NCBI GenBank assembly: GCA_044892525.1
Contig: CM097885.1
Coordinates: 50,842,001 to 50,906,000, forward strand
Length of the DNA: 64,000 nucleotides
Origin: Schmidtea polychroa
Lineage: Eukaryota
Direction: 5' to 3'
The position numbers and the translations under genes were made by a program. Each line of letters starts with the position of its first letter. Position 1 is the stretch's first letter. This document shows, piece by piece, positions 26,916 through 39,100 of the stretch. The notes beneath the pieces were generated by a model. That model saw only the letters and a program-made list of their open reading frames with translations. It made no database searches and had not been told where the DNA came from.

Positions 26916-29900
26916 AGAAAAAAAAATATAGTAACGATAATGCATGTCCGCATGTTGTGGTAAATTTTATAGCTTGATTGAATGCAAAGCTGATCAGAGG
27001 CGTACACAATCGGCACGACTCTAATCACTCTTACATCCAATAACAAAAAATGAAATAATTTAAAAGGAAATATGGATTTAATAACAACCAAATGATAAAA
27101 CATATTATAAAAACATATTATAATGTAAATAAAGTACTCCTTACTATTAAGGTTTCTCCAAAGAATTTTCACAAAATCAAAAATGAATTTGGCATAAAGT
27201 GATTAAATTGTGACTGAAATGCGTCAGTATATATACCTATTTTGTACACGTGTATGTATTGATGCATTAAAACAAACTCGAATTCTTTTTATTCCAGAAT
27301 TTTCTATTTTGATATTTTTAATGGCAATTTTTGTGCCATTATTTTTGTTTTTATTTTTAAATTTTTATTTTTTAATTATTTTTCGTTAATTTTACGTCCA
27401 TGAGGGATTTGGAACGGTTCCAGAACATTCCATGTTAATTTTAATTTTATTTTTATTTTAATTGATGTTTTATGAATTTCTTTTTAAGATTTTTTATTTT
27501 TAATACTAATTCATTTATTTTCGCTAACTTTTATTGTTCTAGATGGTTTTTGTGATGGTCATCGCCATTTTTATGGAATGTTCTGGGTTTTTCTGGAATT
27601 TTTTACTGTTTTTACCGTATTTTAAGTTATTCGAGTCTGTTTTTTATAACTCTAGGTTTATTTGGTTATTTTTGAGTTCGATTTTTGCATAACTTCTTGC
27701 TTTTGGTATAATTTTATTTAATTTCTGTGTTTACTTTTTGTTGTTTTCTCCTTTAATAACCATTGTTTATTTGGTGTATTTTTTAATATTTAACTATACT
27801 TTTTGCTTTTTGCATGTTGTGTACCTACACATTTCCGTCATAATTAGAAGTTTGGGTCTAGAAGTCAGTTCTAGCCCAACAGTTATATGAATTAAGGGGG
27901 TCATTTATCAAAACTTTCCAAATTTATATCGTAAAGATAATATATTAATATATTTAGACAATAATTAATGGTTAAGTGATCTGAGGAATTACTAAGTTTG
28001 ATAACTGTACATATATAAGTTAATTTATTGCTATATATATATATATATATTGCTCTCGACTAATGTATAGTTTGAGGGGCTACTTATGAAAAAGGTAAGT
28101 TATACTTTTATAAGTTTCAAATAGACATATATAAGTTAGATTATGAATCTGAACATTTGTTTCGACAATTACGTAACTTGGGGGGTTGTTTATAAAATAT
28201 TTACAACTTATTATGGATTATATTTTTATCGCTAACGTAGTTTATATTTTATACTTTTATGACCAAATTAAGATTATAATTTATAGTCTTTCAGCTAATA
28301 TACGTTTATAATTTATATTTTTATGAAATTAAATTTATAGTTTATGTTTTTAAAGCTAATATAATTTTATAATTTATACTTTTGAGTTTATAATTTTTAT
28401 TTTATGAAGTTAAGTTAAATTTATAGTTTATATTTTAAAGCTAATATAATTTTATAATTTATATTTTTATGAAGTTTAATTTATAGTTTATATTTTAAAG
28501 CCCATATAATTTTATAATTTATACTTTTAAGTTTATAATTTATATTTGGTGAAGTTCAATTTAGAGTTCATATTTCTAAAGCTAATATCATTTTATAACT
28601 TATATTTTTATGAAGTTAAGATTATAATTTGTACTTTTATAATTAACTTAGAGTTATAATTTATAATTTTTATCGTCAATATAAATTTGTAATTTATAAT
28701 TTTAAGAAGTTAAATTTATAATTTATACCTTTATAACTAATCATAATTTATATTTTGAAGAAATTAAATCTATAAGTATAATTCATATTTTTATGAAATT
28801 GGGAGGATAATTCGATTTGTTTTCGATTTGTATTTTTATATTTAGTTTAGAGTCTATTCAATTTAAAATCCAAGTTTTGCTGATACGCATGTTGAACATC
28901 TTTATGAATACTATCACTACTAAATCAATCATTTTTAAAAAATCTTTACTTTACACTATTACTAGAAAATTTATTTAAGACATTCATAAATCTGGATTCG
29001 ACAAACGCATAGGTAGAGTTGGTTCTTGATGATATTTAACCGTCTACATTAATTGTGAATTGTAGATTTGTGATTAATTTAGGTCTGAGATCTACTCTGT
29101 TTATTAACCTTAGTGTATTGTATTGTGATGATTTTGGATGTAGATTTTAACTATGTAAGTTATTCATGCATTGAAAGTCGGGAAGAGTGCTTGCTTACAC
29201 GGCCCCACTGTGACCGCTACGACAAGCCTTAATGTTGTGTTGAGTTAACATTCTACTGTCGACCTATAATAACTAGCTAGAGTCATAACGGAGGGATTTT
29301 ATCGACTCAACTCCATGGCAGAACCATGAAGTGGACGACCTCCGATGACCGAACAAAAAGAAACCAATAATATTGATAAGTGCGTGCCAGGCAGTGGCCT
29401 GCAATCATTGTGGGCTGTGTACTCATCGATGATAAAGTGCATAGGTGTAGGGTTGGCTGGGATCTCGCTTCAAAATCAATGATAACCGACGATCTCACTC
29501 AAACCTACATTTCTATAGTTAAAAAGAAATAATGAAATCAAGGTTTCAATAATAATAATTTATAATTCACAATGAAATCGTTCTTACCTACAATCTCAGA
29601 AAAATCAAAACCAAAAATTTGGCATAAGAGTAAGCATTTGCATTTGCCGTTTTCTTGAAAAGTGACGAAATGTGTTAGTTTATATAGCCTCTGTTTGACG
29701 TGTAAGTATACATGCGTGCATTGATGCAGTAAAACAAATTCGGATTATTTTAATTCTCGAACATTCGATTTTTAATTTTTATCGATTTTGATGGCGATTT
29801 TTCAGTAAGAATTTTTGTTTTTATTTTTGGAATTTTGATTTTGAATTATTTTTTATTAAATTTGACTCCATGATGGATTTCAGCATTTCCAGAACATTCC

Positions 29901-31081
29901 ATGCTAAATTTAATCTATTTCTTATTTTTAAATTGTTTTTTATGATTTCTTTTCTAAAATTTTTATTTTTTAAACTAAAATGTTTATTTTTTATAAATTT
30001 TATTGAGTCGTTTGGTGGTCATGATGGGTTTCGCCATTTTTATGAATTGTTCTGGATTTTTATTCAAAATATCGATATAATTTTCTTTACGTAAGATTTA
30101 TGGAGATTTTCTTTAATTTTCTTTTTTTGATTTTTACTAATCGCCTTTATTCGAATTTGTTTTTGGTTGTTTTATGTCTTTCGGTTATATTTGAGTAAGT
30201 TTTTGTGTAATACTTCTTTCTCGTGTTTTATTTTATTTTTAATTCAGATGTTTTATTTTTGGGTATATTATCTCTCTATTATCATTGTTTACTTGGTGTT
30301 TTATATATTTTTATTTAAGTAAACTTAATGCTGGGTATGCGTGTTGTGTACTGACACATTTCGTCCCATTCCTAACTTTGGGTTTAGAAATCAGTTCTAG
30401 CCCAACACGAATTAAAAACGATGTTTTTTCCAAATTTTAAATTTCCACATTTTGTTTATTCTGTACACAACTCTGTGTTTCCACCTTAATTCTATAAAAA
30501 AACAAAAGATATATTGATGATAAATGTGGAGTGAAATATACCGAGAACTTTTCACTTAAAGCTCAGGAAAAATCATTAATAAAATTCTCGGTAGTAATGC
30601 TCTCGCTCGTTAGGTATTGACTTTCTGATTTAAAAACTACTATTCGACAAGTCTTACGCGTAACATCAGTCAAATCAGCACCCTGATGTAATGAGAAAGT
30701 TTAATACGCGAAATAGAACCACATTTTGTTATTAAACCGCCATAAATTCTCCGATTTTCCTATGGCCAGTAAACAAGATCAGTAACTCCTATGTTTAGGA
30801 TGTTTTCGTTAACTCCTATCCACATTAACAACCATAATAAATGAATTTCAACAATACATGATCAAGCTACCAACGACCGCATAAGGAGAAACACAAGGAC
30901 AACAAACCAGAAAATAAGTAGTTACTTTTATACATCAGCCGATGAATAAAACATTTTTGATTTTATTTAAAATCACGAATTCGTCGACAAGAGGCAGTAG
31001 GCATTTAGAGTGCTCCAGTCGATGTAACGGCAAAATTATTGAATTCAGTGCCATCAACCAAATGAACAATATATATTGATT

Positions 31082-32060
31082 TATTGGGTTATTGAGTTGG
31101 TGATAATTTTAAATGTAACTCTGACTCCAAGAGTGTCTTGAACCGATTCACAAATAACAATTGACAACAGAAATCTTTAATGATAATCACAGATAATCTT
31201 TTTCTTTACACTGGCAATAAATTCCACACTCTGCTTGGTGACTATACAATGCTTATTACAACACTCGGTGAGGAATAGCACTTGTGTATAGCACCGGATT
31301 AAAAGATCACAAATTACTGATTGGTTTCTAAACTGGGATTTTGAGCTGGTTGTTTTCATTGACTTTCTTCACAACTTTATTCAAATAATCAAATAACTTC
31401 TTTTCGTTTTATATTTCAACTAATTCTTTTCTTCAACTATTCTCCAATAATTATTCTCCACAATTATTTCCTTTACAATTATTTTGACAATCGTGTGTCC
31501 AACAACGTTTCGTCCAACGTCTAATTTTCTCCACTAATTTTATTTCTCAAATCGACTCTCAAATCGTCTCTTAAATCGTCTTCCAAATTGTTTTCAATTT
31601 CGTGTCACATTGTCTCTAATTTTCTTCTCCTTCCATGTCCACCAGTTTTCCTTTATATAGTTATTTTATTTGTGTCACTGACGACAGATTCTGTTTACCA
31701 TTTTTCTTTTCCTTTACGCCAGACTTATCTCTGACAGATATCAGATATTTTTCCATTTTCCTTTTTTTGTTAAGCCGCCTTCTCCCGACAATTTCGCTAT
31801 CTTTGACAAGCTGTCAAGATATGACTTTTTCCTTTATTTTGTTTTTCTGGAATTTGAAATTCCACCTTCATTTGTATTTCTTAATTAACAACCTTTGTTT
31901 TAATTTCTTGTTTGTTTCCTTTTATTTGATTTATCTTTCTCATTTTTAATTTCTTTTTACTTCTGTTTTCTTTTCTGAGTTCCCATAGATCGTCCCGACG
32001 ATCTTCCCCAGGTAATTTTATTTATTTATTTATAAATTGTTTATTTAGGTATCCTCAACA
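31082..32060. mobile_element. solo LTR (Gypsy-type)
   Basis: TATTGGG (mutated TGTT)...CCTCAACA; TSD GATT (31078-31081, 32061-32064); close inverted relative at 51181-52030. Confidence 0.85.
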
Positions 32061-33191
32061 GATTCATCTTCCGGAAATATCGAAATTTGATTGACCATTT
32101 TGACCGTAATGATACATCAGATTTTGATAAACTTTTCTAACCGGTAGGTCACAGAATGCTTTGGGTTATTCTTTGAATCATCGTGGGAATACCACTCATA
32201 TATATCTGATATCTGGAAATCATACCAATATATTGGTAATAGTCAGAGAGAAATAAGTTGGTCTAACACACAAACAAGGCACGTATTAATTATTACAGAA
32301 CCTCCTGTAAAAACTCTTAGTTATAATTTCTCTATTTATAATGAAGTCTACCCAATCAACTAGTCGAAGTATTCTACAGAAATAAATCATTATATTTTAA
32401 CAATCGAATGAATTTTAATATGCTTCGTGAATGCATTAGGAATCTAACGCTGCTGCTTAACACACAGTTGAAACTTGCCAAGAATTTGTGATTTCTACAT
32501 AACTAACCCTGATCCGACAAAGCACAATACTTATGGTGATGCTCTTATGACGCGGTGCAATCCACTCCAAAATTTCCTCACATAATCACAATTATTTTGT
32601 TTATTTAATTTTTCTTTTGAACTTATGTGAATCATTTGAGATTACTGTAATTCAATGGAATCGTAATTCAATGGCCAATCCACTTAATTTTCACCATTAA
32701 TTACTGATATTCTGATGCTACATTTACTGATTTAGTTACTTCCTTTATCGACTGGAATCAACAGCTCCATTCCGGGTGTTTGTTTATTTATTTTTTGTAA
32801 TTGACTGAAGTCTACTGGTTCATTTATTCATTTATTTATTTGCATTAATTGAAATTTACCACCTCATTTGTTTAATATTATTGTCAACACATCGTAACTC
32901 TTACTCTCCTAAATTTTATTATTATTAAATTATTCTTTTGTTTGTATAACATTTATATAAATATTTTATTACGAAAATTCAAAAACTTATTGCTGGCAAC
33001 CTTAATGTTAGAATAAATTTAACTATTAAAAATATTAAATAATTTAACCTCAATAATAAAAATAAGTAAATTCCATTATATTAATTAACTATTAATTATT
33101 CTAAGAGAACTTCTAATCTATACTGTATTATGTAATAGAATATAATCTTTAAATGGTTACCTTGTTTAAATATTTCACTTAGTATTTTGAA

Positions 33192-36100
33192 ATGAGTGTT
33201 AAACTTAAGGAAGCTGTTAAGTATGTTACTTCAAAAAGTTTTGTTAGTTATTTATGCAGGTAATTTACATTATTTCTCTTCAAAATAAATGATTTATTTT
33301 TGATTTTATATAGCACTGTAAGTTCTTTTCTTTTAAAAATTTATTGTATTCATTATGAAAGCATTTCTGGGGCCCAATTGCTAATTGGGGAATTCCTTTG
33401 GCAGCATTAGCAGATATTAAGAAAAACCCTGAAATTATTAGTGGAAAAATGACAACAGGTATTACCTTACTAAATGAATACTTTTAGTAAATCAATAACT
33501 TTGTTTACTTAGCTCTTTGCATATATTCTGCATTGTTTATGAGATTTGCTATTCTTGTTCAACCAAGGAATTTGTTATTGTTCTCTTGCCATTTTACTAA
33601 TGAAGGAGCACAATTAACTCAATTGTATCGTTTTACGAATTTCTGGTAATTAGAGTTATCAGTTTTTAATTTAAAACCTTATTTTATATCTTAATTATAG
33701 TTATGTTATTTATAATAATTTATTGAAATTTACCAAAAATTTTCTTGCTGCTTGATCATTTTCTAATTGTTCTGACTTAATTGAGCTGAACTTATTACGC
33801 ACTTTAAACAATATATTTTAGAAAGACTAAGTTTCAATAATTAATTATAAGTCATTTCATTATATAAATCATTTAAATTTTTTCATTATATTATAAGAAC
33901 TTTTTTTCCAATTTCATCACTGATATTTCCCCCATTTTATTTATTAAAAAGAGCTTGAAGACTATAAATCAAATTCACTTGAAAAAGGCAGTGCCGAAAA
34001 TTCATGAATATCAAAACATCGATATATTACTGATTTATAGTCTTCAAGCTCTTTTTAATAAATTCAATGTCAATTGAAAAGAAATTAGAGGTGAAAATTA
34101 AAAAAATTTCTTATAATATATATATTAGTGTTCCCACCTTTGGAACATTTTTGACCCGGACATTTGAGTAAAAAAATTTTTTTTGGGACACGAGAAAAAG
34201 AAAATCATTGGAACAGAAAAATAAGTTTTTATTATTACAATTAAATGACATACAAAATTAATTGCTTGAAAATATTTTGTAAAGAGAACGTAAATTTTAT
34301 TTTGTAAAACTGTATTTTGTATTGCTCCGTGCTGCTTCTGAAAGCTTTTTATTTCCTTCTACGATAGCCCTAAATTTGTCGCATTTATTTTTAAATTGTT
34401 ATATATATATATATAATAAACCTTACAAGGTTTGTGATACCCAGTGCAAATCCCAATAGTAGACTAATGATGTGAGCCCCTTACGCCACCATTAGTTACC
34501 GCGCACTGGTTAGCAACAAAGACCCCTGCACCCCACCCCACCATTTTTTTCATGGTCAAGTCGCGACTATTGTTTTTCACGATTATTGATTTTTAAAATT
34601 TTTTAATTTCTAGTGATTTTAAAATGAAAAATTATTCAAAATAGAAATTTAATTATTGATTTAAATGTGTATTTATTGAGGATGCGCCCCTTATTTTTCT
34701 ATTAATAAAGGTCGCTGGGTAATTTTCTTGATATTTATGAATATTTAACCTATCTCGCAAAAAATTTGAGCAGGATCGGCCCTTATTTTCAAGTTAATCC
34801 ACACTTGCCATAATATTTAAATTGTTCTTCAAAAATTTTGAGCAGGGATCTGCCTGTGTTTCTAATCCTGAGCCGTCGGAAAAATTACATAAATCTAACT
34901 TTATCTATCTACAACTGGTCTCAACTATTCCATTTTTGCCCCTAACTCACTTATGTCTATAAAACATAAAGGTGACTAAGCCACCTACATTATCTAAATC
35001 TAAACAAGACCCTAAACTACCTAGAATGACATTACACTCCCCAATCATTCCTATCATTATCTATTTCCTCTAACCCGATGGACTCAACCGGCGAAATATC
35101 TGCCGACCAACAGCACGTAGTGCCGCCCGTCCACAAACTTTTCCCCAGCCCAGACCATCGACACAATCAACAAATAATACAATTGAATTCAATAAAAACT
35201 ATTATTTAGAACTTGAAACTAAATGAAATTAAACCATTAAAAAGGATCACTAAAGAAAATTTAACTGAGACATTAATAGCAAAATTTTATTAATTAAAAA
35301 CACTTCGTAAAAATTACAATAAGAATAAAAATAAATTACCAAATCCACGATGGCATAAAATCGAAAACTGAGAGCTTTACTGTCTGCAAATTACATTGTG
35401 GTGCTGAAAAAAAACAAGTTCTTCAAATGAATTTGCGATCAGTATTTATACTGATTTTGAATGCGCATTCATGCATGCGCTGTCACTCTATCCAATCAGA
35501 GTGCGAGAAATTTTGAATTGATTTTGCACACATGCATGAATGTGTGTAATTATTTATTTAATTTTAATTTCATTAATTTAATTAATTAATTATTTAATTT
35601 TTTATTACTTTTAATAATTTAATTTTATAAATTTTATAATTTAAATAATTTGAGTTATTTTAATTTTTATTAATTTAAACACTTTTATTCTTTAAATTTA
35701 ATAAGTTATATAATTCTAACCATTTAATTCTATAACTTTGCAATTTACCTACTGTTAACTAATTTTATTATTTTGACGATTTAATTTTTATATCGTTTAA
35801 TTAATTTTCAAATAATTCTATTTTACATTTTATTATTTTCCTATCGGAATTTTTAAGTGTTGAATTTTTCTGTCAAATTTATTTATCTCTTTATTCTATT
35901 ATACGGGGTTTATTGATTCTTAATGTGTGATGTAACTTATTTTATTCATTTTATATTAAATCTTGATCATAGATTATTTTCAAATTTGCGGTTTTTGGGT
36001 TAGGTATTTTCGATCGATTAAAACAAACTCTCAGTTCTCGTTTTCAGCCCAACAAATCACTCCGGGACCCGTTAAAATTGCGTCCCGCAATTCTGTTAGA

Positions 36101-39100
36101 CATATGAATTTCCCAGATCATAGTCTATTACATTTCCATTAACCCATAAACATACTATAACAGTTTATAGACATGTTAAAATTGAATTATCAGAAATAGG
36201 TCTAAGCTAAAATTCAAGCAGTTGTCACATACAGTGACTGGTCATAATACACATACATACTTATTCCGTGTCCAAACTCAAGTCAAGTCACATGCAACAG
36301 TTTTATTTCTGGATCAATTCTTCAGTTGGTTGTTTCTTCTCGTTTCTGGGTTCGGTTTTCAATCTTTCGGGTTTTGTAGGCATGTTTGACTCCTGTTGTT
36401 GATTTTCATAATTAGCTCGTAATACTCACTGAAGATCATAGGATTCTCTTTATCGGGGTTTGACTGTTTTCCCATATTCTCTTTGGATTTTTAGGTTGGG
36501 ATTCTGATTTTCTGGATCATTTGATGGTATATGACAGACCTTGCTCAAGGGTCTTCGGAACTTTTGTTAACTGGGTGATTTGACACATTGATCTTTCTTT
36601 TGGTTTTTCTTGGTGGTTCTGTTTACGGTATTGCTCTTATTAAGGGATTTTCTTTCTTTAATGGGTAACTCGAATTATTTTCGATTTTGGTCTAAGTTCG
36701 CTTGATTTGATTAAGTTTCCAATGTCACCGGGTCTGTGACTTTCGTCTCATTTATCAGGATCTTTTACCGTTCTTTGTTTAGGGGTTCCAAATTAGGTAT
36801 TACTTTTAGATATTCGTTTGACTCATTCTTTCCGGGTTTGCACTTTTATCTTTCTTCTGGATTTATATTCTTTCTTCTCATTTGGGCATCTGTTCTCCTT
36901 TACCACTGTGAGGGTTCAAATTTAGTATTTTCCCAACTGATTACTTGATCCATTTCTATTTTAATTACTTATACATCGATCCTTTGCTACATTATAAATC
37001 AATTTTTTACATATGTACACTTCCTATTTACTATTTTCATCTACACTTCTCCTTTAATTTCCACTTCACTCTTTATACCCTCAGTTTCCTTTACTTTGCC
37101 GTCATCATTTTTGTGTCTACTGCCATTTCTCTGCATTTATCTTGCTTATTCATTAATTCGTTGATTCTTAATTCGGCTGACCTTGCTTCTTCGTTTAGTC
37201 TGAGTATCGTTGTTTTTTGTACTTCAGTTTCTTTGTTTTGTCTTCGGCTACTTGTCCCCATATCATTATCAATTCATCCTGTCTTTTTTCTTTCATCACA
37301 AATTCTTTTATTATGTTACCTTGTTCTATACATTGTCTTCTCAATTCTTCGGATACGTTGAGTTTTACATGTTTCTTCCCTTCTACGTACGGTTGTCGAC
37401 TGTTATTTTATTGACATTGGAGGTTGACAATTTTTTCTCTCCGACTGTTGAATTCTTTTATCAGTGCGTATTTGCTTGGTTGGTTCTGCGGTACTTCTCC
37501 GTGATTTTTCTCTGGATTTCACATTCGGACCGTTGTTAATTACGTATCCTGTTCTTTTACATTCGTTTTTACACCTTTTTTTTTCGACCACATTTCTTTT
37601 CGCAATGCCTCATTCTCTGACAATTCCAACCCGTCATTTTCAAAGAACAATTACGCTCATTGTGTCCTCACTGCTGGCCTTGGTTACAATACTGTTTTAC
37701 TTTATTTTCGATATTTGGTTCAATCTCATTTTCATTTTTTACCGTTCTTCTGTCACGATGTTTTCATTATTTTCACCATTTCGATTCTCGTAGACTTCGT
37801 TGGTCTTCGATTTGTGGCAATATCTTCTGTTGACTGCTCTCATGCGATTCTCTTGGATTGCTGTAATATCAGCCTAATATTCCGTATTTTTGTTCTCCGA
37901 TTGTTCTCAATGATGCTGATATTTTGATGGTCCAATGTTACATTTTCTATTCTTTCGATTGTTTCACTTTCCACTCTTGAGTCCAGAGTTCTCTGTAATT
38001 CCCGTTTGTTGCTCGGTACCACTTTCATCATATTGATTTGTATTACTGTTCTTTGTTGTCTTTCACACATTTCTTCTATCTTTTCCCTCTGGCTGTCAAT
38101 GATATCAACTCTCAACAGTTCTTCCTTTCTTCTCCTCCAATACTCTTCTTCACTTTTTGCCTGAAGTTCTTTTCGTCTACTCCATCTTTCTTCTGCTTCT
38201 CGTGCCTTTGTTGTCTGTAAGGTGTTTAATCCTTGTTGTTGTTTAGTTGGGTTGTTTTCAATTTGTGATCTGCTTCTAAATATTGTAATACATTTATTCT
38301 TGGAGGTTGCTTTCTTTCTATTTCAGATTGATACTTGATTATGTTACTGCATAGTTTCGAAGGATGGTTGTCTGATTTTGCATCTCAGCTAGCTTGTTCG
38401 CTCATATATCCATATTATCTCTCCATCGTTGGTTTCTTTCTTTAGTTAGGTTTCAGTGTCTTTTACTAGTTCTGCTTTTACATTATTTCCCCTTTCATGA
38501 AGTTCCACTGGCGTTTTAAACTTTTCGACTGACTGTTTTACAATTCCTTTTACCACTCTGTTTTGAGGGTCAACTTTCCGTTTTTGAGATGCCGCTTTGA
38601 TTTCTCCTTTTCACTCTCTTACGTTTGCTTGAATTTGATTGTTCGTTTTCTTTGCAGCTTTCGTTTCTTCTTCGTTTGACATACTTGGTTCTATTATCGA
38701 TTGGCTTAATGATTTGGTGATGAATTCTGGTTGATTGTTGATACTTGGCTGTTATCTTGATTGATTGATTTACCTTACTAGAAAAATATCACTCCCCCTT
38801 ACCGTTTATTATCTTTATAAATTATAATTTATATATTATATAACATAATTGCAATATTTTTGTTTTGGTTTCCTTGGGCATCTCTTAATATTTGTTCCCT
38901 CGTTCCCTTAGTTTACACCTTTATTCTCATGGTCTACTTAATTTTCTCGATCCTTATTTATTTTAATTCGTGTTCATTTTCCTCGTTTCTATGGTTTTCT
39001 TGGCTTTGAATGACTATCTTTCGATCTATTAACTTGTATTACCTCTTAGTTTTTCTTCATTACTATGGTACTTGTTCTGTTCTCGGTTGTTTCAGTTTTA

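Larger units (their letters stand above)
22040..27881 (-). mobile_element. giant solo LTR (5842 bp) nested in the outer LTR, carrying an AT-hook/coiled-coil gene
   Basis: Same family termini; TSD GTTA (22036-22039, 27882-27885). The G-run repeat tract of the outer LTR continues on both sides of the insert. Confidence 0.9.
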
